A stretch of 62,062 nucleotides of DNA, counting the filler, from Choristocarpus tenellus KU-1152 (taxonomy: Eukaryota; Protista; Phaeophyceae): NCBI GenBank assembly GCA_964200185.2. It is 8 parts of 8 records of this genome, joined end to end, with 100 filler letters (N's around TTAATTAATTAA, not from the genome) between each part and the next. Parts side by side here need not be neighbours in the genome. Positions count along the whole stretch, not along the records: positions 31,104 to 42,157 come from CAXNAD020002537.1; positions 42,258 to 48,794 come from CAXNAD020007906.1; 6 more parts are not named here. One strand, given 5' to 3'. Shown here piece after piece: positions 33,973-46,554 of the stretch (position 1 is its first letter; each line of letters starts with the position of its first letter). Position numbers and translations under genes: made by a program. The notes under the pieces are model-generated. The model saw only the letters and a list, made by a program, of their open reading frames with translations. It ran no database searches and had not been told where the DNA came from.

Positions 33973-36910
33973 ACACCTCCTTCAGATGACGGAACACGGT
34001 AATTCTGGAAATTCCAAAGTCCTCCGCGACAGCTGCTGCCATGCAATCCACAGGGGAGATCCCCTGTCTTCGGGAGAGAAGGGAACACCTTTCACACTCT
34101 TTTTGGAGAATCTAACTCCGCAACCCTAATCCTAAACTTTGATTAAAGAATAACCCCAAGGTATGTCATTCAGGGTTAGTGGTGTATCCTAGCCAAGTGC
34201 ACTCCAGCCATCCCCCGAGTCATCTAAGTCCCATGTCCCCTCACCTCCAGGCGTTGTGCCACCAGACTGTTCTTTGTCGGGGTGTTTGGGTCTGGACCCC
34301 AGCCAGACTTCTGGATCTAAGAATTAGAACCCACAGGTGACGATGAGATGAACGAGCCATATATATCGATTGTTTTGTCTCTCCTCACCCCAATATAACA
34401 CAATATTGGTGGTATGATGCACCAAATATTGAGAGAACAGATGCATGTCTCAATGGTGGGCATTGCATGTGTTCAGTCTCAATTACTGGTTGTGGACTGA
34501 AACATCACGAAACCCAGGTAGACATCGACAGACCATTCAGGTATCTATCTTCATACAAAATTGTTACAACATACAAGCATTGTACAATTTCTGTAATCAA
34601 CCTGCTAGTTTTACAAGAGCATTCAACAGGATCAACGCAGTTAATATAATGCTTATTATTCAGGACATTGCTAGAAGCCCTTTTGCTCTGTAATGTCCAG
34701 TGACTGGACCTTTTGTCAAGGAACAAACTGTGTGTGGATGTCTTCTGTGTAACATCAAATCCTGTACGCATAATTGCATGATCTCAACATTAACACAAAC
34801 AGAGGGTACCTTCATAGCTACAAGAGTGGTGACTGCAAATCTGCTGTAAATAAATAGGAAAAACCAAGGCAAGTCTTTTGACAATACTGCCACATTGAGA
34901 GTGGTATTGACCACATGGGCAATATTGCAAGAATCGTAAGTCTCAATTCAAGACCCCGAAAATACCAACCAAACAATATGCATGGATGACACATTCCCCT
35001 CCCCCCCCGCTCCTCAATTAAGCACAATTTCCTCTGAGCCGTGGGCAAAAATACAACCTCACAGCTGTCTTTTCTGACTGTGACCTTGGACCACCAGAAA
35101 AAACATGCTTCTGATTACGCCAAAAAAAGACATTGACATGAAAGCAATGACCTTTGGCATTATCATTTGATAAGACCCCCCCCCCCAACTCTCCTTACCT
35201 AAATATTGAAATTATATAAAATCTGAATTAAGTGAAAAGGAGCATTCACACAATCAAAAATGCAAGCATTCAATGAAGCTCATTATACCCCTTGACACAA
35301 CTTTCATAAAAACAATTTAGCAAAGACTCTGAATCATCATCTACCTCTTCCTCAACCGTAGTGTCCATTCAGGGTTGCAATTGCAATTGCAGTTGTCTAA
35401 GCTGCCCACCTATGTCACAAAAAAAACTATACGTCACAGAAGAGCTGAAGCACATAAAATCAACTGAACCTAAGAAAATCCAGAGCGACAAAAAAAAACA
35501 GTCACTTCTCTTGGGCTAACAACTGGTAAGGTTTAAGGTCTGTCCATCTCAAACAAATCAACGGCCCTTCCCTGCTAATCTTAGCTGCGGGTCAGGGCAG
35601 TGCCATGGTTATACCAGAACAGAACTCCTACTTGAACAGAAGGATACCTTATCCCTTCTAATTCTCCTTCTACTCCCTCTAGGGGTCGCCATACCAGATG
35701 ACAAAGTTATAGTTGTGAATGGTTGACCCAGTACACAGAACCAACAACTTCACCCAGTTGCAAATCTCAAAAGCATGTGACCTTCCCCAAAGGTGTGGTG
35801 GAGACACTTCCAAAACATGAAATTGCTTCAAACAAAAAAAACATAAAAACTCACCACACCACAGCCCAGCCCTGACTGAACAAATCCCCACACAAAGCAC
35901 AATAGTAACACATCCCTCTCCCAGTTTGACCTCAGGAACTCACATTTATGACTATCAAAAAGACAGAGCCTGAGGTCCAAGCTGGAAAGGAGGGAGATCA
36001 ATTGGGCATCCAATCACAACCCAACTGAGCAGATATTTACAAAACGTAAGAACAGCAGTGTGTTTTTACTACCACTCACACTGCACTTAAAGGCACCACT
36101 ACAAAAAACTCGTGACAAAACATACACCGCAAAAAATGAATACCCACTGTAACAGGAACACATCACCTTACAAGGTAACATTTGGCTCCACATTCTCGGT
36201 GAGGTAGATACTAAGCACTAAAGCACACCAGGGGTCATCTTGCATCTATTCGTACTTCTCACAGCACACAAAGAGGCGTTGACAAAGCCCAATAACTGGT
36301 AGCCTGGTGCTGACACTTTCCTTCCATTTTTACCACATGTTCAAAAACAGCAAGAGTAGGATATTGCTAGCGCCATAATACAAAAAATTCAATCAAGGGA
36401 GCAGTACATGCAGGATGCAGCATGCTGTCCAGTTGCAGGTGTGACCACATTTATATGTCCCGACAAGGCCAGAAGAGATGAGTTCCCTTGTAGTCTTGCG
36501 TATATTAACACCTTCCTAAATTTATCTGTGGACATGTGAGGCAAAGCAGGGAGAAGGGAACAGGGAGAAGGGGTTATGAGCGAAACATGGCAAGGAAGGA
36601 CAAAAAAGTCGATACATAAAAACATATTCCAATGAAATACACAGCCTGTCCTGTACACAGCTTCCTCAATAAAGGACAAGGAGAGAAATGAGCATGTGTC
36701 AACGACAAAATGCACTCAGCAAAGGACAAAACCCCCCCTGCATATACAAATGATTGTTCTCTCCATCCCTGTTACAAAAAAATAACGGATGACTTGATCA
36801 CTCTAAAGTCACAGACGAAATAGTAAATATCAACTAAACTACTGATGAGGTAGGAGTGTGGTGCGGCACCCCAACGCCTTCTGCGAACTTAACACTACTA
36901 TCCCACTCAC

Positions 36911-38199
36911 TTGCGAGCAGGATGGGGATGCCTCGAGTTGGGGTTCCCGAAGATCTTAAGGCTGAGGTTTGGCCATTGTGTCCCAGCGATAGTTGAGCAA
37001 GACTCTTGGTTGACGTCGCTACAGGTGGAGGTGGATTCCCGTCTCTGTAAGACCAAGTTTCCTTGGTCCGGGGAGGTTGTGCTGTCCAATAGAGTGCCTG
37101 CAGATATGGTCCGGCCAAGAGATGTCGGCGGTCGTGCAAGGCCAGGAGGTTTCGCAAGCTCCCAACTCCCACCAAAACGGGCTGGAACATGGGGCCGCAC
37201 CTGCTTGACAGGAGACATTCCCACACGATGAAGCGCTTGTGAAGTAGGCATGGACACTGACACACGTAGGTCTTTGATCCAACCTACATGCAATTGTCCT
37301 GAAGACTCAACCGCCTTGGATGTCGTTTCTCCGTCATTTGACGTTGTGGATGAGGTCGTGGTAAGCGACGCCAAAGGTGGTTTGTTTAAAGCGCAATTAG
37401 TGTTTCTGGACCCTGAAATGAAGACAGAAAGTCTAGGCTTTACAGACCCTTGAAAGTAGTATCTAGGGGCTTTAAGGGAACCACCCACATGGGAGAGGGG
37501 GGAACTACTACTCAAGAGATTTGTGGAGGCTGGGGCGCGGATGATGGCTTCGTCACAATATTCAGTCAGCTGAAGGTTTGTCACCATCATGGGATTGTCT
37601 TGCAGCAAAGGCCTCTCTAACGTTGGGTTCCGTAGAGAAGACTGTGTTGTCCATTGCCCACAGGATGGCATCTGACTTTCCTCATTCCGTTCGTCATAAC
37701 TCTGTGCACGTCCCCTCACCCTCCTCCATCCTTTCCCCTTCAACCCACCTCTCGCTGCCGGTATGTCATGGATATCCCAATCCCCTTGTTTGTCGAAAGT
37801 ATCACAATCCGGGGCCTCAATCGCCTCTTCCTCTTCACGTCTCTTCCGTGCTCGAGGTTTATCCGAACGTTGCACTGACGACGACAAACCATGCAGCACA
37901 TCTCGATCTTGTCCATCACCAACGTCCACGCCTCTTCTCTCTTTAGCTGTCGACGCAAACCAAGGAGTCAAATCATGGAGTTCAGGAAACCATGCCTGTT
38001 CCAGTGCAGAACTCCCAGGACTCGGAGGGTCTGTGCAAGACTCGCTAGCTGTGTCGGGTAATGCATGCAAGTCTCCTACCATTTTACGGTCGAGACCCAG
38101 ATCCGGCTCAAACAAATCTTCAAATGCCAAGGCATCAAGAGCATCCAACCCATCACTGACCGTGATAGATCCGTCCCAGCTCATATGATCTACACCCAT
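36911..38199 (-). CDS. Hypothetical protein, long Ser/Pro/acidic low-complexity first exon (430-aa ORF)
   Basis: Longest ORF in the window, ATG-initiated and CpG-rich. Its apparent stop lies inside a perfect donor (AA|GTGAGT at 36910), so it probably splices onward. Downstream exons not resolved; no recognisable domain. Confidence 0.65.
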
Positions 38200-40439
38200 C
38201 CCTTGAAATAGAGGTCGTGGCAGATTATCCCTGTGACACCGACGTGATGACTACCCGAGTCTCTCAAACGCACAATCCCAACGATACACTTCTTCCTTCT
38301 ATTGGTGACAGGAATTCAGTGCTAAGGAGCACTCAGTCCAAGTCGTGTCCCTTAAGCCTTTTTCCTTTCCACAGAAGCTGTCCTGTCATGTACTTTAGAA
38401 GATCGCACACTTACAATAGAGGTGAGGTTGGGGGTCTCATTTGTTTTGCCCCTTACGTGTTCAGAACCAAGGTGTGCTTAGATAATTTGCCTCTAGTCAA
38501 TAATTCGGATGCAGCGCAACCTACTACATACAAGATTCAACATAGTTATCGAAGACATTTCTCATCAACTACATAGACATTATAACAACAAAATATTGGA
38601 ACCCGACTAGTTACCGATGATCAATAGAACACACTCTTCAACGTATTATGTGATTGTTAAATCAAGACACAACACCTGCTCCTTTAAGATATTACTAAAA
38701 TGGAAGATAAAATTATTACTGTTCACATCTGTCTCAAGAGTCTAAATGCGTACAACAAACACAATATAAAAGAAATGAAATTAAAGATACAAAATGTAAG
38801 GAAGAGAAATAAGGGAACAGAATACGAAAAATACAGAAAATATGAAACTTGAAAACATTGAGGTTTTTTGTCTAAAGGACAAATACAAAGTATCTTTGTC
38901 TCTTACGTATTCCTTGAATAATATTGATGTGATATAGTGTGATGCCACACCAAAAAGATGTCTATGGAAGGGAATACGTTGCATATTGAGGTGGCATATT
39001 AGAATATTAGTAGAAAGAAATTGATTGCTAGAGATACCTCTCAATTAATCATAATATAAAGTATACCTTTTTAGTTAAATACAGTTCTAACTCCTCCACA
39101 TCTCACATCAGATATGAATGGAAAAGAAGTAAGAAGAAGACCCCACAACTACTGTTACCATTTCTGGTCTTGTTTTTCATGATCAAGACAAAAACAGAAA
39201 CAATATTCCTTCGTCAAAAAACTAAGTTTACATCCCAACCAACACGTCCACAAATTGTTGTACAATTTTGAAATATAATAAATAATATTTTAGCACATTT
39301 TGTGTAAGATTCACAAAAACATGTCAAATATTGTAATATCCTATCTTTGATATTTTTTGGAGCAACTGATATTTTAGTTTTTGTAGTTTATGAAAGACGA
39401 CACCTTGGATATCATGGTGAGCAAGGTGCTCAACTGCCAAAATGAAGACAAATCTGATAAGGACACTAAACTGGACGTACTATCCATCCTTGGTGACAAG
39501 GCAGCCACAATGATCCCTTTGTGTCAAAATTCCGAACATGATGCTTGTATTTTTCTCAAGTTGCACAGATACATAATTATTACTTGGGAATATATTACAC
39601 GAAATGTGAGATTGTGGTCTCTCAAAATCTGAAAATTCATGACATTACTATTGAGCCTTATCATCTCTGGGGGACTATCCTGACCTATGGTCAGAGGACG
39701 TATACACACCTGGTCTCGTACTTCTCATACCAACAGCTGACTGGAACTAACTGTTGCTGTGCTCCAACTAATTAACTGCCCCTGTTCAGGCCTTACTTCT
39801 CGGTTGCTGGGTTCAGCAATTCCAGCATTCATTGCTCTGAGTCCTCCCTAAAATCTTATCTGGACACACCTTGGCGTTGCCACCTTTATCTTGGTTCAGC
39901 ATTTTCGTATAATACAAAGCGTAATCGAAGCTAGCTTTGTGCAAAAAGAAGTCGGTCTGGCGTCGATTGGGTTTGAATTCTTGAAATTAATGCAGAGAAC
40001 AGCCTCCTGAGCAGCCAGCCATGAGGATGCTCCGACATATCCGTACCTATTGCCAGATTCAAAGCAGCAGATAGGAGTAGCTATTGTCAGGCATCCCATT
40101 ACTTTCAATTCTAACGCTAACTTCTACCTGTAACCAACCCATGATTGTTGAACATGATGTTTAGGGGATGGAGCGACCAAGTGTTACTAGTATTGTGCTG
40201 TTTGGAAGGCCCGAACCTGTGATGCCTTCAGCAAGATTAGAATTAGCTGTTGGTCAAATTGAAGGATGACACTACCAATAAAACCCACAGACACGCCTTT
40301 AAGATTAACTCAATCATCCAATATTGTCAAATTGAAAATCGAAGATACTGACAGAACTCACAAACACACAAGTAAGATTATCTATCTTCAAATTTTGCAC
40401 TGGTAGGTAAAGAGTCTAACCCAGCACAGCCTACCCCTC

Positions 40440-41500
40440 CAACACAGGCAAAGCTCATCCCTGCTACCTAGGCACAGTACAAACCTAGGGCATTCCTCAC
40501 GGTGCTGCTGAAGCAATACTGTTGGAGTCTCTCCTCGCTTTTCTGGGGCCCAACCACACTCTTTCCCCCTGTGCTTTCCTCCTGGTGCTCAAGATTATCA
40601 AGGAGTATTGGTGGAGGTTCTTTTCTCCCTCCCCCCTCACAACCCTCACATGATCAACCACACACATTCCTCCACGGCGCCTTTCCTCCTGGAACTACTG
40701 GAACGCAGTGGCTTCTAATGGTGGAGGTTTATCTTCTATGTCCCCATCGTTGCAGCCCCACAACGCCTGTTACCCACGCACATCATCGCGCCCTGGAGTA
40801 CTCCATCCTGGCCATAGAAAGTCGGTAGTAGCCCATCTTGTTAGTTATGAGTGAGGGGTAGGAGAACTTAACAGGACTATCACTCCACAGCATTGCCTCA
40901 AAATGTTCGTGTTAGTGGATGCAAATCTCGAGAAGGGTGAATTCTGTTGCAAATAAATCGCTGGAACAAGCGGAGAACAAGCACAGAAGAAGATGTTGCG
41001 AGTGAAACTTGAGACAGAGAGAAATTTCGTCTTCAACATTCATCAATCCGAGGAAAAAATGCGAAAACAGAAACACAAAATCGAGCGTAGGAAACATTCC
41101 CATCTTGGTCCCTTGCATCTCGCAGCTCCAATCATGGAGATTTTCTAGGTGTCAGAAGGTCTGACAGAAGAAATCCCCGATCACCTTGTGCCTAGGTAGA
41201 CCTTGAACTACACTCCCACATTATCCATTTCGAGGAGGAGGATATAGGCTGCTAAGATACCTTTTGTCAGGACGACTGCCTACAAACCCACATTCTGACA
41301 TGTCAAGAGGGAAGTTGTTACATGTAAAAAAATTCAGTACGAACAGAGGGAAACAGTGTCAAACTACAAACGACCGTTGGTCACCGAGGGTCCCGAGTAC
41401 AAACCAATCAAGTCAAGCAACCCCGAGAGATACTCATTAGCCTGTGCGCTGCATCGGGATCAGGCAGAGGCAAGCAAGCCCAAACCATATTTTTCGGTAG
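40440..41500 (-). mobile_element. Possible decayed Ty1/copia gag region
   Basis: Broken zinc-knuckle-like pieces (YCFSS..HREECPR), a gag-like stretch (SDLFATEFTLLE) and a GGTTTGGGC PBS-like motif near 41486. Many stops. Confidence 0.3.
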
Positions 41501-42257
41501 GTGATAGTGGAAAAATGAATGTTGTAGATTGTGGGATTCACGGGGGTTCAAAATAGAGCGGGTTCCGCACTGCTCCTATACTTACCAACTACTACTACAA
41601 AAGTATCGCAATAGTACGTAGTAGTACGTATTGTTTCAATAAAGTAGTAGTATTGATAGTAAGTAGTATCAAATTGAGGATTATTTATGATCGTAAAAAA
41701 CTTTTGTTCTCCTCTATATAGCACAAACGACTTCCCTCCACCAAACCTTCCGATGAGTGGAAGCTGCAGTTGGTTGGAGTCATGAGATCCAAGCCAAGGA
41801 GGTAGGAGTATGGCTTGCACTTCATTTGTATCGATGTTTTCGAGTCTGTACCACAGACTATTGTGGGGTGAAGAGGATGTTTCTTTCTCCCATGGTTGTT
41901 CCTCCCAGTCACACCTTCTTGGATCCTTGGTCCAAGCACCTCATGTCGTAAATAGTATCTTTACGGTTTGCGATCAGAATCAGATCAATCTTGAGAATAT
42001 CAGGGACTCAGACAAACTTGTCGCGACAATAGTGTGGGATAATCCTGTTGAATACTCCTGTGTCTAACTTCCAATAGCCCTGTTTGTTGGGGGTACTGCC
42101 AACTTCCTATGACCAGGATGGGGTATTGCAGGGTGCAATACTGTTATTGGGTAACAGNNNNNNNNNNNNNNNNNNNNNNNNNNNNNNNNNNNNNNNNNNN
42201 NTTAATTAATTAANNNNNNNNNNNNNNNNNNNNNNNNNNNNNNNNNNNNNNNNNNNN

Positions 42258-43988
42258 GGGGGTGGGAAATGGAGTGGGGGGTGGGGGGGGGAGGGGGGGG
42301 GTGGGGAGGGGGGGAATGAGGTCAATGGCGATGGCAGTGAACACGGAGTGGGCGAATGGGAGGTATCCCCTGTATGGAAGGTGAGGGTTTGCCTCTTCAG
42401 GGGAGGTGTTTTGTGTCAGTGGAGATTGGAAATTGAATTGTGGGTTGAGGGGAGAAGGGAGGGGGGGGGGGGGGGCCAAGGGTTGGGGCTTTTTTTGTGA
42501 GGGGGGTGTCCATTATGGTGGTGCTTCATTTTTGAAGAGTCGCCTGATTGGATAGAGTTAGATATTTTTTCTTTGGTTGATTCTTGGTAGTCCCCTTGAC
42601 ATGTCCCTAATATTTTTTTATTATTTTTCCTGCCCTGCAGACATTGCAGTATTGACTCTTTCATACTATTGTTATGACCAGGACCATACTTTAAAAGAGT
42701 TTGTCAAGTAATCAACTTACTTTGGTTGTTAAAGGCAACACATTTGCTAATTGAAAAGGTTGATATTTTGGATAAAACGTCAGTAAATGTTGAGATCGCT
42801 ACACAGTCTTAACTTCAAATCTGTTTCCATCTCCCTCCACTACCCCCACCCCCAAAAACAAAACAAAACTGTGACCTCATGTCTTAACCCCACAATGTGC
42901 CTGTTAAATAGGTGTATCAGAATATTCCAATAGATCAGTTTGTGTGGCAATTCCAAGAACAAAAATCAGAACCCTTATTCTTTTGCTGCCCATCCCACAC
43001 CAAAACATACGGCCCGGTACATCTCTCTCTCCTCACCCAGCCCACAACACCTCTACCCCCCACCGCCAGCCCACACNNNNNNNNNNAACCTTCCGGCCCG
43101 TCCCTCCTCCCCCCCCCCCCCCCCTTCAGCCCCCCTCCCGCCCCCCCCCTGGCGAAAATGTCCTTCTCCGACCCCTTTAGGTCACTTACACACACTTATA
43201 TCATTTTCATGAAGTTAAAGATTTTACAAGTATTTACCAACAATATTTGAGGGTGAGAGGGCATGGCGTACAGAAAAGGCAGCATTTTCGACCAATAGAA
43301 ATAGCTCGCATGGTGCAGTTAGCCAATGGGACCCAGTTGTGTTGCACTGTCCTTCACAACCCCTCCCCATCTACTTCTGCTACTACTACTGCTCTACTAC
43401 TAATCTACTGTTCATACTTTTTTGTCCTCTTATCATTGCTGAGCAATAGACTTCACCTGGATGGATCCTCAAATCATTTAGACTTGACTGCTGGTGACAT
43501 GGTGCTCAGCTGGACTGGAGAGCAACATGGTCATGGAAAAACCTCTCTTCATTCCAGCGTAATCCTATCCCCAACCCGTTCCCCAACCCTAGCCCTCACA
43601 CTATTCAATCCCCACACCGGACGATTACCCTCTCCCAAAGTCCCAAATGGTGATGTATGAAAGCCTACAAGGTTTTGGGATCACTCTGTGCAGATGTCTT
43701 CTGTTGTCCTGATCCCTGTCTCGTTCACATGCCCTCCTCCCACACATGCACAAGGGCAGGCAGAAGCGCCTGAACCTGTTACACTGGGGAAGGGACTCCG
43801 TGCCCTCCTGGCATCGTATGTCCATGCCCAAGCCATTGAAGGCGATCTCCTCATGGCCAATCTTCCCTCTGCCATCAGCATGGTGTGAGATTAAGAATCT
43901 GATCATTTTTTTTTTGAGTGTTGGTTTTTTCGCTCTCAAGGATAACATTCAACCATTGATTGATACACCCCAGTACGTATGAGTTGAC

Positions 43989-44029
<41 letters not shown>

Positions 44030-45883
44030 AGATTTCTCCTCCCCCCCTGACCCTAAAATCGATAATCTCAACACTTAGCATTGATGTTGCCAATTCTAGT
44101 CCTAACTCTGGCTAATGTAACATTTTGCATTTGATGTTGCGAGTTCTAATCCTAACCCTAGCAAATCTAACACTATCTTGGAGCACAAAAAATTCTCAGG
44201 GCCTTTCGTGTAAGGTTGGGAAAATGTGATAGGTTAAGTCCGCACATCGATTGGAGTATTTTCTGACGTGTCCGAGCTGGGACCACCAAAGTATTGTGTA
44301 CCACCCGATCTGCGGTTCAACCCTATTACAGTGTTTTTGTAGAGTCCGAACCAGGTCCACCAAAGTATTGTGTATCATCCGATCTGTGGTGTGACCCGGT
44401 TACAGTGTTTTTGTAGTGTCCGAACCAGGTCCACCAAAGTATTGTATACCATCTTGTCTGTGGTCCAACCCGGTTACAGTGTTTTTGTAGAGTCCAAACT
44501 AGGTCCACCAAGGTATTGTGTACCACCCGGTCTGTGGTCCAACCCGGTTACAGTGTTTTTGTAGAGTCCGAACCAGGTCCACCAAAGTATTGTGTACCAT
44601 CTGATCTGTGGTCTGACCTGGTTACAGTGTTTTTGTAGAGTCCGAACCAGGTCCACCAAAGTATTGTATACCATCTTGTCTGTTGTCCAACCCGGTTACA
44701 GTGTTTTTGCAGAGTCCGAACCAGGTCCACCAAAGTATTTTGTACCATCTGATCTGTGGTCCGACCTGGTTACAGTGTTTTTGTAGAGTCCGAACCAGGT
44801 CCACCAAAGTATTTTGTACCACCCGGTCTGTGGTCCAACCCGGTTACAGTGTTTTTGTAGAGTCCGAACCAGGTCCACCAAAGTATTGTGTACTGTCCAG
44901 TCTGCAGTCCGAGTCGGTTACACCACAGACAATAGGACTGTCCTGCGCAGCTGCAAGCATAGTACCGGGGGCAGTATTGGTGAGGGTGAAAGGGCAGGGT
45001 GCACTCGACTGCGGCTTGTACCGTTTGTGTATCATTCCGTGGAGGTGAGCAGCACTGGCATGTGGGTGGACTGTTGTTGCAGGATGCTATGTGTGGGCTG
45101 ACATACCGAGGGAAGCCCCGAGGACATCCTTCCCATGTCCGAACCAGGTCCACCAAAGTATTGTGTACTGTCCGGTTTGCAGTCCGAGTTGGTTACAGTT
45201 TTTATGCATTGTCCGAACCAGGTCCACCACAGTAATGTGTATGGTTGTGTGTATATGCCCTGCTCTTCAACGTCATGGTCTTGCTGCTTCCTGCCCCGGT
45301 AGCGGAAATAGTAAGTAGTTGTCTACTCCACTTCCCCTCCCCTCTTACCCCTCTCTCTACCTCGAAGCTTGGGTTTGTCACCCACTCCAAACGAAGCCGC
45401 CGTCCACTATTTCCAAAACTCCCGTCATTTTCTGATCTGTCGTGGCGATGAACCGTACCGTGTAGAGTAAGTTAGAGTAAGGTTCTCTTGAGTTTTAGAG
45501 GTGTAAGGTGGGACATGGTATGAAAAGAAAAAGAGTAGAAGAGACGGTGGTAAGTGGTAAAAATACACTCGAGCACTTTGCGCGATATTTTTTTTATACC
45601 TTAAAATGTAAAAAAATAAATAAATATTTCGTGACGTAGAGCCGGTGGGGACAGGCGTCCCTTCGACCTAACCCCGACCCTGATCAATGTTGGCATATTT
45701 ATGTGACTCCACCTTTTTTCAGGCGGATGCGTCCTTGAAGGAGAGGGCTGCTCACATTGGGGCGGTTTTGGGACCGGAGACACGCTGGCTGGTTCAGGAG
45801 ATGGCCATTGCTCCGGAGGAAGGAAGAGACATAGACAGTAAGGAACGACCATGCTGTAAACATTGCTTAACTACTATTAAGTG

Positions 45884-45914
<31 letters not shown>

Positions 45915-46523
45915 TTGCACAAATGCAATCTCTCTTCTTTTTTTTTTTCAATTTTGAGCTATTTTTGGTGGTACGGGATTATAAAATTATGGTGAGCAGT
46001 GGGGACGATGTGATGGCATCGATTGATTTTTTTTTTCATTTTTTTTTTTATGCTCTGTGGTATTTTATAGGTGTGTCAGGGTTGGGGGGGGGAACCAAGA
46101 TCAATATTACACATGATAAGGATATTCTTCTTTGCCCCTATTTTTATTGCTATTATTATTATTATTATTTATTAATAATTATAATCTTAATATTACACTT
46201 GATGGCCAGATCTGTGTTGGCTTTTAGTCAGAAATTTTTATACGAAGGATTATTGGAGAGAGAGAGAGAGAGAGAGAGAGAAGAATAGAAATAAGGAATA
46301 ATTTCTAGAAAAATGTGGAAAATTTTAAGAAAGGGATAAAAACAAAAATGAGGTAGGTAAGGGGGGGAAGAGTTCCAAGATTAACTGAGAGGGGTGTGAC
46401 TGTGTTTGAAGGGATCCAGTGACTTTCTGGTGGGTCAAGTGTTTTGGAGCACTTTTAGTTCACAGCTGTGGGATTATTGAGTGCATCTTGGTCGTATTGT
46501 GAGTTACATAAAGTCACTAGAAA

Positions 46524-46554
<31 letters not shown>

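Noticed and set aside
32445-34000. Fanzor/TnpB associated with the mariner element
   Set aside because: No RuvC or zinc-finger motifs in any listed frame; the adjacent repeat is an LTR-like family, not a nuclease gene.
44268-44921. CRISPR array (constant block plus variable block)
   Set aside because: The variable segments are homologous and recur rather than being unique spacers; the array is in a eukaryotic intron; no cas-like ORF is present.
44196-45156. Family of 60-128-aa repeated ORFs
   Set aside because: By-product of a 74-bp unit, not a multiple of 3, shifting frame until a stop recurs.
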